From NCBI GenBank assembly GCA_002269645.1, contig NIVC01001313.1:62001-126000 (forward strand): a stretch of DNA of 64,000 nt, read 5' to 3'. The DNA is from Macrostomum lignano. Lineage: Eukaryota. Shown one piece after another: positions 1 to 13,550 of the stretch; positions within the stretch are counted from its first letter, which is position 1; every line of letters starts with the position of its first letter. Position numbers and translations under genes: made by a program. The notes below the pieces were generated by a model. It worked only from the letters and a program-made list of their open reading frames with translations, had not been told where the DNA came from and did not search any database.

Positions 1-42
1 GGAGTTCTTCCCCTTTCTCCTCCATCGGAGGAGTTGGCCTCG
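1..42 (+). mobile_element. 3' terminus of a Helitron-like element (unit 0, continues left of window)
   Basis: Hairpin ctcctcc-atc-ggaggag (17-33) then ttggcCTCG; nearly identical to the unit end at ~2785-2826. Confidence 0.65.
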
Positions 43-454
43 TCTCCTAATACTAAAGTTGGTGCGATGATTGTTTGTTTGTTTGTCTGTTTGTTTGTGT
101 GTTGCATAACTCCTCCTAGAATACTTGCAAGTCAGCGTTGAAACTTATATGGGGAAACTGCAAATTTTCCGGGGACTGCAGTGGGCTATTTCAATTTTTT
201 ATTTTCACATTTTAAGATCCCTAAAAAAGCAGAAAACTGATTTCCTAACCTTCTCTGGACACTTTTTCTGCTCGGAGCCGAAAATTTGCATGATTTTGAG
301 CGATTGCGCCACAACTTTCTCCTATCTCTGTAGTGTATTTTCTCGCCAGTGGGGGTTGGTCGCGTTCTCAGTGGCAGCGTGTGTACAAGCGGACCCCGGC
401 TGAAAAATTGAACTGTGTGTATTTCGTGGGGTGGTGGGTAAGTAAGCGCAATTA

Positions 455-1190
455 TATGGCTATTGTGCTGAGATTCAATTGGTTTTATTATCAGCACCTT
501 TCAATTGACTGCCCTGTGCATTGGTTAGACAGTGAAATTCAATGAATAAACTTGCGGGCCTCTTTAGCAGGCAGTGAACGTATGAACGTACACTCAATAT
601 TGCAATGCTATAAATCGGCAAATTTCAAACTCAGACTGTTGCTGGATTTTTTAACTTTGAGAGGAGAGACTTATATTGCTGGAAAGAACTTGCAACGCTG
701 AGTTCGGGGATATAAATTGTTTGCTTTAAATATGAAAACTAAAAGCGCGGGATTCAAAAAACGATTTCCATACTTTTAACTTCCTGCAAAGATTGTAGGA
801 AGATTTTAGTTGAGGGGTTGAGTTAAATTTAATGATTCCCCGAAACGGGGGGTTGGGCTTGGGCTGAGTGTACATAGCTGTTTTAAAAAGATAGAACTGT
901 GCCGAGATTCAATTGGTTTTATTATCGGCCCTGTGTATTAGCTGGGCAGTGAATTTCAATGAATAAACTTGCGAGCTTCTCTAGCAAGCAGTCGGGAAAT
1001 CGGTAAATTTCAAACGCTAACTGTTCCTCGAGTTTTAAACTTTGAGAGGAGAAACTTATATTGCTGGAAAGATCTTGCAACGCTGAGTTCGGGAATATAA
1101 GTTGTTTGCTTTAAATATGAAAAGAAAAAGCACCGCATTTAAAAAACTATTTCCATACTTTTAACTTTCTGCAAAAATTGTACTCAGTTT
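455..1190 (+). repeat. Diverged ~330-bp direct duplication inside unit 1
   Basis: gagattcaattggttttattatc...catacttttaactt at ~470-785 recurs at ~903-1150. Confidence 0.85.
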
Positions 1191-1396
1191 TGCGAGACGT
1201 AATAGATAAAGTTGGGGGAGGGTTCAACTTCTCACTGCTGCTGTGTATTGGAGGGTTGATTTAGATTGCGCAATGTTTTTGTTAACTTTAACTGAGACTG
1301 ATACTGACTGACTGTGAAATCGGTTGCGCAATGAATTGATTCAATTAGTTCAATATTTTTATCAGTGCCTTTTAACACGAAGCTGTGCGTATAGTT

Positions 1397-1426
1397 CTAA
1401 CCCTAACCCTAACCCTAACCCTAACC
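1397..1426 (-). repeat. Interstitial telomeric repeat (CCCTAA)5
   Basis: ctaaccctaaccctaaccctaaccctaacc. Confidence 0.9.
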
Positions 1427-1789
1427 AATGAATCCGGAGAGTTGAGTTGTTTGACGGAAAAAATTCGATTGAGTCCAGTTTAGCGGAGACGATTTCAATG
1501 TTTTAATTTTGACGGAGAGAATTTCTGTTTCGTGGAGAGGATTTCGATGGTGTTCAGTTTCACGGAGAGGATTTCGATCACGTTCATCTTCACAGTGAGG
1601 ATTTCTGTTTCGCGGAGATAATTTATGATTGATTTCTGTTTTATCGAGACGATTTTGATGGATTTAAATTTCAATGAGAGGATTTCGAAGGAGTCCAGTT
1701 TCATGGAGAGGATTTCGATGGTTTTCATTTGAACGGACAGGATTTCTGCTTTGCGGAGAGGATTTTGATGGATTTGGCATCTTCAGTCA

Positions 1790-2670
1790 GTCAGAGAAGA
1801 GAGTAAAGAGAAGAATGAAAAGAGAAGAGAGATGAGATGATAGAAAACAGAGTAGAAATGAGACGAGAGATTAGACATGACAGATGGGAGAAAAGAGGGG
1901 AGTAAGGCGGGAACGAAGGAGAGAGAAGAGAAGAGGAGAGAGGAGACGAGAGGGGAGATATGAGATAGCAGAGGGAGACAAGAGAGATGATAGGAGAGAG
2001 AATAGAGATGAGGGATAAGAGCGTACAGAGGTAATAGAAAAGAGGGGAGAGTAGAGGAGAAAGAAGGAGTGAGATGAGGGATGAGAGATGAGAGAGGAGG
2101 GGAGAGAGAAGAGAGGAGAAAAGAGGGGAGAAATGAGAGATGCGATGAGAAAAGAGATGAGTGAGAACATAAGAGAGAAGAGATTAGAGATTAGAGAAGA
2201 GAGGGGAGAAGATGAAATGAGAAAGGAGAGGAGAGAAGAGAGAATGGAGAGGATAGAAAAGAGAGAAGAGAAGAGATAGGGGATAGTGGTAAGGAGGAAA
2301 GAAAGATGGGAGACAAGAAAGTAGAGTGTGAGAGCGTATATGAGATATGAGAAATGAGAAGCAGATAGGAGAGAAAAGAGAAGAGAGAGAGGGTTAAGAG
2401 AGACGATAGATAAGTAAGAAGAGATGACATATGAGAGAGGAGAGAAGAGGGAGAGATAAGAGAGAAGAGAGGAGACAGGAGACAGAAGTGAAGAGGAGAG
2501 ATATGAGAGAAGAGAGGAGACAAGAGACAGGAGAGGGTACAAACGAAAGACGAGGGAGAAGAGATAAATAAGGGAGTAGGGGTAGAGATGAGATGAGAGA
2601 GAGGAGAGAGAAGAGAGTCACGATAATAGCGAATAGAAGAGAGAGGAGATATGAGAGACGTGAGAGTCTT
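1790..2670 (+). repeat. GA-rich low-complexity polypurine tract
   Basis: Almost entirely G/A; yields spurious Leu/Ser-rich and Arg/Glu-rich ORFs. Confidence 0.95.
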
Positions 2671-3384
2671 TGAGCTATGGTCTTTCAAAGATTTTGTAAA
2701 GAATTTGGAGACGATTTGGAAGATAGGGTTCAAGACATGGAATTTCAGTTGATGGATATTTCAGGGAATGGAATTCCGGTGATGGGAGTTCTTCCCCTTT
2801 CTCCTCCGAAGGAGGAGTTGGCCTCGTCCATATACTAAAAATGGTCTGTCGGTATGTGTGTGTGTGTATGTGTGTGTGTGTGATCGATTTTAGCAAAAAC
2901 GGCTCAACCGATTTTCTTCGAACTTGCACTGTTCGATCAGAAATTTTCCCGTGACAGTACATGCATCGTGGCTAAGAAATTGCTTGATGCTAAAGGGATT
3001 AAATATTCGAAAAACATGCTTTTTTGCAAAGGTCAAGCAGCTCTTTCGACTTGAAATGCATCGTAAGAATGCTAGCAGAAAAAAACTGACTGGTTGAATT
3101 CTGATTCTGAAATAGATTGCATCACAATACACTTTATTTATCGTCTGTGTACTGGCTGAATTTTGACACTGAATTGAATTGCGTCACAGCTTTGAGTGTG
3201 AAAGCATAGCGCAGTACTGAATTTATATTACGTAACCATATTGTAAACTTTCATAGACACTGGTACTGACTTGCCCAAGAAATTGATTATGTCATAACTG
3301 CTTCGTGAGACTTTTTACTCTACCTGACTTGGTGTGAGTGTTGAATTATATAAGTGGTACAACATCACTGATAACTTCGATGAG

Positions 3385-3445
3385 AGCTAGCCTAGAGCTG
3401 AACAGACCAGACTGCTAATGCAGCGACCTAGGTTCGAATCTAAGT
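3385..3445 (+). other. tRNA-like segment (Pol III A/B box) in the Helitron head; homologues at ~8699-8755, ~14073-14130 and ~15125-15180
   Basis: TAGCCTAGAG(C/G) A-box-like and GGTTCGAATC B-box, with gactgctaat resembling a Ser(GCT) anticodon arm; T-tract shortly downstream. No complete cloverleaf. Confidence 0.55.
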
Positions 3446-3510
3446 AGTTTAAAAGTAGTAGTGTAAATTTTTTTATTAAAAGGTTTTATTAAAGGACTAA
3501 ATAAAAACAC

Positions 3511-6500
3511 TTAGATTACTGCACTCGATAAGCCAAGGATTATTGCTATTAATAAACCAAGGACTACTGCACTCGATAAACCAAGGACTATTGCTCTTGG
3601 CAAACCAAGGATTACTGCACTCAAGAAGCCAAGGATTATTGCTATTAATAAACCAAGGATTACTGCACTTGGAAAACCAAGGATTACTGCACTCGATAAA
3701 CCAAGGACTATTGCTCTTGGCAAACCAAGGATTACTGCACTCAAGAAGCCAAGAATTATTGCACTTGGAAAACCAAGGATTACTGCACTCGATAAACCAA
3801 GGACTATTGCTCTTGGCAACAGGGGCGTAGCCAGGATTTTTTTTTGGAGGTATCGGTTAGCTGTTATCAGAAAGCAAGGGCTTGAGATCCACATATCCCC
3901 TTAATGTATTTCTAGTGCATAATACATATAATTACTCTATTTGTTTGTTAATTGTTATTCTTTCGATTTGGATACCTTTCTCTTCCTTAGTTAATGGTCA
4001 CAATTGCAACTGAAAAAAGGAAAAAAAATGTTGCTTTGGAAATTTGGGGGTATCGGCCGATATACCGATACCCCCCTCGCTACGCCCCTGCTTGGCAAAC
4101 CAAGGATTACTGCACTCAAGAAGCCAAGGATTATTGCTATTAATAAACCAAGGATTACTGCACTCGATAAACCAAGGACTATTGCTCTTGGCAAACCAAG
4201 GATTACTGCACTCAAGAAGCCAAGGATTATTGCACTTGGAAAACCAAGGATTACTGCACTCGATAAACCAAGGACTATTGCACTTGATAGGCCAAAGATT
4301 ACTGCGCTTGATAAACCAAGGATTATTGCACTTGATAAACCAAGGATTATTGCACTTGATAAGCCAAGGATTACTGCGCTTGATAAACCAAGGATTATTG
4401 CACTTGATAAACAAAGGATTATTGCACTTGATAAACAAAGGATTATTGCACTTGATAAACAAAGGATTATTGCACTTGATAAACCAAGGATTATTGCACT
4501 TGATAAGCCAAGGATTATTGCACTTGATAAGCCATGGATTATTGCACTTGATAGTAAAGAATGTTGCACTTGATAAGCCAAGGATTAATGCACTGGATTA
4601 TTCAAGGATTATTGATATTAATAAACCAAGGACTACTGCACTCGATAAACCAAGGATTATTGCTCTTAATAAACCAAGGATTACTACACTTGGAAAACTA
4701 AGGATTACTGCACTCGATAAACCAAAGACTATTGCACTTGATAAACCAAGGATTATTGCACTTGATAGGCCAAAGATTACTGCGCTTGATAAACCAAGGA
4801 TTATTGCACTTGATAAACCAAGGATTATTGCACTTGATAAGCCAAGGATTATTGCACTTGATAAACCAAGGATTATTGCAGTTGATAAGCCAAGGATTAT
4901 TGCATCTGATGAACCAAAGATTATTGCTATTAATAAACCAAGGATTACTGCACTTGGAAAACCAAGGATTACTGCACTCGATAAACCAAGGACTATTGCT
5001 CTTGGCAAACCAAGGATTACTGCACTCAAGAAGCCAAGGATTATTGCACTTGGAAAACCAAGGATTACTGCACTCGATAAACCAAGGACTATTGCACTTG
5101 ATAGGCCAAAGATTACTGCGCTTGATAAACCAAGGATTATTGCACTTGATAAACCAATGATTATTGCACTTGATAAGCCAAGGATTACTGCGCTTGATAA
5201 ACCAAGGATTATTGCACTTGATAAACAAAGGATTATTGCACTTGATAAACAAAGGATTATTGCACTTGATAAACAAAGGATTATTGCACTTGATAAACCA
5301 AGGATTATTGCACTTGATAAGCCAAGGATTATTGCACTTGATAAGCCATGGATTATTGCACTTGATAAACAAAGGATTATTGCACTTGATAAACCAAGGA
5401 TTATTGCACTTGATAAGCCAAGGATTATTGCACTTGATAAGCCATGGATTATTGCACTTGATAGTAAAGAATGTTGCACTTGATAAGCCAAGGATTAATG
5501 CACTGGATTATTCAAGGATTATTGATATTAATAAACCAAGGACTACTGCACTCGATAAACCAAGGATTATTGCTCTTAATAAACCAAGGATTACTGCACT
5601 TGGAAAACTAAGGATTACTGCACTCGATAAACCAAAGACTATTGCACTTGATAAACCAAGGATTATTGCACTTGATAGGCCAAGGATTACTGCACTTGAT
5701 AAACCAAGGATTATTGCACTTGATAGGCCAAAGATTACTGCGCTTGATAAACCAAGGATTATTGCACTTGATAAGCCAAGGATTATTGCACTTGATAAAC
5801 CAAGGATTATTGCAGTTGATAAGCCAAGGATTATTGCATCTGATAAACCAAAGATTATTGCACTTGATAAACCAAGGATTATTGCACTTGATAAACCAAG
5901 GATTATTGCACTTGATAGGCCAAAGATTACTGCGCTTGATAAACCAAGGATTATTGCACTTGATAAACCAAGGATTATTGCAGTTGATAAGCCAAGGATT
6001 ATTGCATCTGATAAACCAAGGATTATTGCAGTTGATAAGCCAAGGATTATTGCATCTGATAAACCAAGGATTATTGCACTTGATAAACCAAGGATTATTG
6101 CACTTGATAAACCAAGGATTATTGCTCTTGGCAAACCAAGGATTACTGCACTCGATAAGCCAAGGATTATTGCTCTTAATAAACCAAGGATTACTGCACT
6201 TGGAAAACTAAGGATTACTGCACTCGATAAACTAAGGATTATTGCTCTTGGCAAACCAAGGATTATTGCACTTGATAGGCCAAGGATTACTGCACTTGAT
6301 AAACCAAGGATTATTGCACTTGATAAACCAAGGATTATTGCACTTGATAAGCCAAGGATTATTGCACTTGATAGGCCAAGGATTACTGCGCTTGATAAAC
6401 CAAGGACTATTGCACTTGATAAACCAAGGATTATTGCAGTTGATAAGCCAAGGATTATTGCACTTGATAAACCAAGGATTATTGCACTTGATAAACCAAG

Positions 6501-7440
6501 GATTATTGCACTTGATAAACCAAGGATTATTGCACTTGATAGGCCAAGGATTACTGCACTTGATAAACCAAGGATTATTGCACTTGATAGGCCAAAGATT
6601 ACTGCGCTTGATAAACCAAGGATTATTGCAGTTGATAAGCCAAGGATTATTGCACTTGATAAACCAAGGATTATTTCACTTGATAAACCAAGGATTATTG
6701 CACTTGATAAACAAATATTGCACTTGATAAACCAAGGATTATTGCACCTGATAAGCCAAGGATTACTGCGCTAGATAAACCAAGGATTATTGCACTTGAT
6801 AAACCAAGGATTATTGCACCTAATAAACCAAGAATTATTGCACTTGATAAACCAAGGATTATTGCACTTGATAAACCAAGGATTATTGCACTTGATAAAC
6901 CAAGGATTATTGCACTTGATAGGCCAAGGATTACTGCACTTGATAAACCAAGGATTATTGCACTTGATAGGCCAAAGATTACTGCGCTTGATAAACCAAG
7001 GATTATTGCAGTTGATAAGCCAAGGATTATTGCACTTGATAAACCAAGGATTATTTCACTTGATAAACCAAGGATTATTGCACTTGATAAACAAATATTG
7101 CACTTGATAAACCAAGGATTATTGCACCTGATAAGCCAAGGATTACTGCGCTAGATAAACCAAGGATTATTGCACTTGATAAACCAAGGATTATTGCACT
7201 TAATAAACCAAGAATTATTGCACTTGATAAACCAAGGATTATTGCACTTGATAAACAAAGGATTATTGCACTTGATAAACCAAGGATTATTGCACTTGAT
7301 AAGCCAAAGATTACTGCACTTGATAAACCAAGGATTATTGCACTTGATAAACCAAGGATTATTGCACTTGATTAATCAAGGATTATTGCTATTAATAAAC
7401 CAAGGATTATTGCACTAGCTGAGAAGCTGATTACTGCGCT
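3511..7440 (+). repeat. 24-bp minisatellite array (gataaaccaaggattattgcactt)n
   Basis: About 150 copies; the period is a multiple of 3, giving DKPRIIAL/HLINQGLL pseudo-ORFs. Confidence 0.97.
3820..4090. mobile_element. hAT-like MITE (271 bp) inserted in the 24-bp array
   Basis: TIR CAGGGGCGTAGC...GCTACGCCCCTG; 8-bp TSD cttggcaa at 3812-3819 and 4091-4098. Confidence 0.9.
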
Positions 7441-7549
7441 GTCTAAAAAGAGATTATTGCGCTCGCTGAGACGTGGATTGTTGCACAACCTGAGAAAGCG
7501 ATTATTGCATTAGCGGAAGTAACATTTGCACTAGCTACTTGCTGTCTCG

Positions 7550-7935
7550 TGGATGCTTGCTCTCGAGGGGGGATACTTGCTATTTGGGAGAGGGGGTACT
7601 GGCTACATGCATGGGATTCTTTCTATCCAGGGATGCTTGCTATTCAGGGATTCTTGCTATCTGCAGGATGCTTGCTATTTAGGGATTCTTGCTATCTGCA
7701 GGATGCTTGCTATCTGGGTGGATGCTTCTATAATATCTGGGGGGTGCTTGCTATCTGCAGGATGCTTCTATAATATCTGGGGGTGCTTGATATCTGCAGA
7801 ATGCTTGCTATCTGAGTGGATGCTTGCTATCTGGGTGGATGCTTCTATAATATCTGGGGGTGCTTGCTAATCTGCAGATGCTTGCTATCTGTGGTGATTC
7901 TTGCTATGAGCATTAGAGGATGCTTGCTATCTGCG
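7550..7935 (+). repeat. Subterminal (gatgcttgctatctggg)n array of unit 2; homologous array at 13175-13412 in unit 3
   Basis: 17-20-bp monomer, preceded in both units by gcactagctactt. Confidence 0.9.
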
Positions 7936-8211
7936 ATTGTTCACTTTTGGAGGGGGTTGCTTGCTGTCTTGGGAATATTTTCTATTTAGTGAAACGATAT
8001 TTTGTTGACTGTTTGTTAATTTTAGAGAAAAAGTGATTTTTTAATTTTGCAAACATCTTAGTCCGTGACAATTTTACACGAATAAGGTGATTTTTAAAAT
8101 GTGAAGAAGGAATTAGTGTTTAAGAAAATGTGTTTTTTTATTGTTTTCCATGAACTATTTTTGCTCCTTTCTTATTGGGCGCCCCGAAGGGGGGCCGCAC
8201 TAGATTGCTAG

Positions 8212-11200
8212 TCCTATATACTAAAAATGAGTTGTCTGTGGGTAGGTAGGTAGGTAGGTATGCGATAGATTTCAGAAAAATTGGCTCAACCGATTTTCTT
8301 CAAACTTGCACCATTCATTCAGAAATTTTCCTGGGACGGTACATGCATCTTGGCTAAGAAATTGCTAAATGCTAAAGGGATTAAATATTCGAAAAACATG
8401 CTTTTTTGCAAAGGTCAAGCAAAATTTTCGACTTGAAATGCATTGTAAGAATGCTATAGAAAAAACTGACTGACTGAATTCCGATTGTGATAAAGATTGC
8501 ATCACAACAAGTTGAAAACAGTGCCGAGGAAATGCACATACGACATGATTTAAATTGCGTAACCATATTGCTAACTTGAAGTGAGACTGATACTGGCTGA
8601 CTGAGAAATTGATTATGTCATAACTTTTTACTCCAATTGACTTGCTGTAAGAATTGAATTATAAGGGCCACAATTCATGTTCTCCAATTGAAAAGAAATA
8701 GCCCTGATGCGAACAGACTGGAATGCTAATGTAGCGACCTGGGTTCAAATCTTAGTAGTGCAAAAAGATTTTTTTTATTAAAACACCTTAAAAACACAAC
8801 AAAACTGCTAAACATTAAAGAAGCGCAATGTCAAACATAGAAGAGCCACCATGTCAAACATAAGAGAGCCACCATGTCAAACATAAAAGAGCCACCATTT
8901 CGAACATTAAAGAGCCACCATTTCGAACATTAAAGAGCCACCATTTTGAACATTAAAGAGCCACCATGTCAAACAATTAGGAGCCACCATGTCGAACATA
9001 AAAGAGCTAAAATGTCAGACATTAAAAAGCCACCGTATCAAACATAAAAGAGTTACCCTGTAGAACAAAAAAGATCCACCATGTCGAACATAAAGAGCCA
9101 CCATGTCGAACGTTAAAGTGCCACCATGTGTAACATAAAAGAGCTACATCATGAAGAACATTAAAGAGCCACCATGTTAAACATTAAAGAGCCACCATGT
9201 GAAACATTAAAGAGCCACCATGTCAAACATTTAAGAGCCACCTTGTCGAACATAAAAGAGCCACCATTTCGAACATTAAAGAGCCACCATGTCAAAAATA
9301 AGAGAGCCACCATGTCAAACATTAAAGAGCCACCATTTCGAACATAAGAGAGCCACCATGTCAAACATTAAAGAGCCACCATTTCGAACATTAAAGAGCC
9401 ACCATGTCTAACATTAAAGAGCCACCATGTCAAACATTAAAGAGCCACCATGTCGAACATAAAAGAGCCACCATTTCGAACATTAAACAGCCACCATGTC
9501 GAACATTAAAGAGCCACCATGTCAAAAATTAAAGAGCCACCATGGCAAACAACTAGGAGCCACCATGTCGAACAAAAAAGAGCCACCATTTCGAACATTA
9601 AACAGCCACCATGTAGAATATTAAAGAGCCACCATGTCAAAGATTTGGAAGCCACCATGTCAAATATTTAAGAGCCACCATGTCAAACATTAAAGAGCCA
9701 CCATGTCAAACATAGAAGAACCACCATGTCAGATATTAAAAAACGCCACCATGTCAAACATTTAAGAGCCACCATGTCAAACATATATGTGACTTTATGT
9801 CAAACATATATGTGACTTTATGTCAAACATTAAAGAGCCACCATTTCGAACATTTAAGAGTCACCATGTCGAACATTTAAGAGCCACCATGTCGAACATT
9901 AAAGAGCCACCATGTCAAACATATATGTGACTCCATGTCAAACAGTAAAGAGCCACCATGTCAAGCATAAAAGAGCCACCATGTCGAACATTAAAGAGCC
10001 ACCATGTCGAACATTAAAGAGCCACCATGTCGAACATAAAATAACCACCATGTCCAACATAAAAGAGCCACCATGTCAAACATTAAAGAGCCGCAATGTC
10101 AAACATTAAAGAGCCATCATGTCTAACATTAAAGAGCCACCATGTCTAACATTAAAGAGCCACCATGTCTAACATAAAAGAGCCACCATGTCAAACATTA
10201 AAGAGCCACCATGTCAAACATAAAAGAGCCACCATGTCAAACATAAAAGAGGCACCATGTCAAACATAAAAGAGCCACCATGTCAAACATAAAAGAGCCA
10301 CCATGTCAAACATATATGTGACTCCATGTCAAACAGTAAAGAGCCACCATGTCAAGCATAAAAGAGCCACCATGTCGAACATAAAAGAGCCACCATGTCA
10401 AACATTAAGGAGCCATCATGTCAAACATTAAAGAGCCACCATGTCGAATATTAAAGAGCCACCATGTCAAACATTTAAGAGCCACCATGTCAAACATATA
10501 TGTGACTCCATGTCAAACAGTAAAGAGCCACCATGTCGAACATAAAAGAGCCACCATGTCAAACATTAAAGAGCCGCAATGTAAAACATTAAAGAGCCAT
10601 CATGTCTAACATTAAAGAGCCACCATGTCTAACATTAAAGAGCCACTATGTCTAACATTAAAGAGCCACCATGTCAAACATATATGTGACTCCATGTCAA
10701 ACAGTAAAGAGCCACCATGTCGAACATAAAAGAGCCACCATGTCAAACATTAAAGAGCCGCAATGTAAAACATTAAAGAGCCATCATGTCAAACATTAAA
10801 GAGCCACCATGTCTAACATTAAAGAGCCACTATGTCTAACATTAAAGAGCCACCATGTCGAACATTAAAGAGCCACCATGTCTAACATTAAAGAGCCACC
10901 ATGTCTAACATTAAAGAGCCACCATGTCGAACATTAAAGAGCCACCATGTCCAACATTAAAGAGCCACCATGTAAAACATAAAAAAGCCACCATGTCAAA
11001 CATCAAAGAGCCACCATGTCAAACATTAAAGAGCCACCATGTCAAGCATAAAAGAGCCACCATGTCGAACATAAAAGAGCCACCATGTCAAACATTAAAG
11101 AGCCGCAATGTCAAACATTAAAGAGCCATCATGTCTAACATTAAAGAGCCACCATGTCGAACATTAAAGAGCCACCATGTCGAACATTTAAGAGCCACCA

Positions 11201-13550
11201 TGTCTAACATTATAGAGCCACCATATCGAACAATAACGAGTCACCATGTCAAGTATATTCGTGACTCCATGTCAAACATAAAAGAGCTACCATGAAGAAC
11301 ATTAAAAAGCCACCACGTAAAACATTAAAGAGCCACCATGTCGAACATAAAAGAGCCACCATGTCAAACATATACGTGACTCCATGTCAAACATAAAAGA
11401 GCCATCATGTCAAACATAAAAGAGCCACCATGTCGAACATAAAAGAGCCACCATGTCAAACATTAAAGAGCCGCAATGTAAAACATTAAAGAGCCATCAT
11501 GTCTAACATTAAAGAGCCACCATGTCTAACATTAAAGAGCCACTATGTCTAACATTAAAGAGCCACCATGTCGAACATTAAAGAGCCACCATGTCTAACA
11601 TTAAAGAGCCACCATGTCTAACATTAAAGAGCCACCATGTCGAACATTAAAGAGCCACCATGTCCAACATTAAAGAGCCACCATGTAAAACATAAAAAAG
11701 CCACCATGTCAAACATCAAAGAGCCACCATGTCAAACATTAAAGAGCCACCATGTCAAGCATAAAAGAGCCACCATGTCGAACATAAAAGAGCCACCATG
11801 TCAAACATTAAAGAACCGCAATGTCAAACATTAAAGAGCCATCATGTCTAACATTAAAGAGCCACCATGTCGAACATTAAAGAGCCACCATGTCGAACAT
11901 TTAAGAGCCACCATGTCTAACATTATAGAGCCACCATATCGAACAATAACGAGTCACCATGTCAAGTATATTCGTGACTCCATGTCAAACATAAAAAAGC
12001 TACCATGAAGAACATTAAAAAGCCACCACGTAAAACATTAAAGAGCCACCATGTCGAACATAAAAGAGCCACCATGTCAAATATATACGTGACTCCATGT
12101 CAAACATAAAAGAGCCATCATGTCAAACATAAAAGAGCCACCATGTCGAACATAAAAGAGCCACCATGTCAAACATTAAAGAGACACCATGTCGAACATT
12201 AAAGAGCCACCATGTCAAACATATATGTGACTCCATGTCAAACAGTAAAGAGCCACCATGTCAAGCATAAAAGAGCCACCATGTCTAACATTAAAGAGCC
12301 ACCATGTCAAACATAAAACAGCCACCATGTCAAACATTAAAGAGACACCATGTCGAACATTAAAGAGCCACCATGTCAAACATATATGTGACTCCATGTC
12401 AAACAGTAAAGAGCCACCATGTCAAGCATAAAAGAGCCACCATGTCAAACATTAAAGAGCCATCATGACAAACATTAAAGAGCCACCATGTCTAACATTA
12501 AAGAGCCACCATGTCTAACATTAAAGAGCCACCATGTCGAACAATAACGAGTCACCATGTCAAGTATATTCGTGACTCCATGTCAAACATAAAAGAGCTA
12601 CCATGAAGAACATTAAAGAGCCACCACGTAAAACATTAAAGAGCCACCATGTCAAACATTAAAGAGCCACCATGTCAAACATATACGTGACTCCATGTCA
12701 AACATAAAAGAGCCATCATGTCAAACATAAAAGAGCCACCATGTCAAACATAAAAGAGCCACCATGTCGAACATTAAAGAGCCACCATGTCGAACATTAA
12801 AGAGCCACGATGTCGAACATTAAAAAGCCATCATGTCTAACATTATAGAGCCACCATGTCAAACATTAAAGAGCCACTATGTCTAACATTAAAGAGCCAC
12901 CATGTCAAACATAAAACAGCCACCATGTCAAACATAAAAGAACCACCATGTCAAACATAAAAGAGCCACTATTTCAAACATTAAAAAAACCCCGAATCAA
13001 ACATAAGAGAGCCACCATGTAGAACATAAAAGAGCCACCATGTCAAACATTAAAGAGCCACCATGTCAAACATAAAATTTACACAATTTCAAACGTAAAA
13101 GTAAGCGTCATGCTAATTTTAAAGGAGCCACTATAGCTAAGGAAATTGTAGCACTAGCTACTTATTGTATGGTGGATGCTTACTATTTGGGGATGCTTGC
13201 TATCCGGGGGATGCTTGCTATCCGGGAGGGGGGATGCTTGCAATCTGGGGGATGCTTGCTATCTGGGGGATGCTTGCAATCTGGGGGGTGCTTGCTATCT
13301 GGGGGATGCTTGCAATCTGGGGGTGCTTGCTATCTGGGGGATGCTTGCAATCTGGGGATGCTTGCTATCTGGGGATGCTTGCAATCTGGGGGATGCTTGC
13401 TATCTGGGGGATGATTTCTTTTTGCATTACACTTTTTTTGAGCAGTTTGTCTGTCGTCTTTGTGAAGGCTTTATTTGGCTGTCTTTTTGTTACTTGTAGA
13501 GAACAGAGATTCTATCCAGATGTCCCCCAACGGGGGGCGAAGATTGCTAG
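8212..13550 (+). mobile_element. Non-autonomous Helitron-like element, unit 3 (23-bp minisatellite payload)
   Basis: Starts TCctatatactaaaaatg + (GGTA)n; same head as unit 2; ends ccccc-aac-ggggg hairpin + agattgCTAG. Confidence 0.8.
8815..13075 (+). repeat. 23-bp minisatellite array (acattaaagagccaccatgtcaa)n
   Basis: About 185 copies; higher-order block with a 713-bp offset (10924 vs 11637). Confidence 0.97.

Larger units (their letters stand above)
43..2826 (+). mobile_element. Non-autonomous Helitron-like element, unit 1
   Basis: Starts TC-tcctaatactaaag followed by a (TTTG/TCTG)n microsatellite; ends with hairpin ctcctcc-gaa-ggaggag + ttggcCTCG. Contains an internal duplication, (CCCTAA)5 and a GA-rich tract. 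Confidence 0.65.
2827..8211 (+). mobile_element. Non-autonomous Helitron-like element, unit 2 (24-bp minisatellite payload)
   Basis: Starts TCcatatactaaaaatg + (TG)n + aaaacggctcaaccgattttc core; ends cccc-gaa-gggg hairpin + attgCTAG. The ~650-bp head is homologous to units 3 and 4. Confidence 0.8.

Noticed and set aside
1871-2733. Leu/Ser-rich and Arg/Glu-rich ORFs
   Set aside because: Translation of a GA-rich low-complexity tract.
3385-3445. Functional tRNA-Ser gene
   Set aside because: No pairable acceptor stem or Ser-type variable arm; copies are diverged within a mobile element.
3511-7418. Long ORFs (up to 536 aa) such as DKPRIIAL and LGLSSAII repeats
   Set aside because: Stop-free frames of a 24-bp minisatellite on both strands; no gene context.
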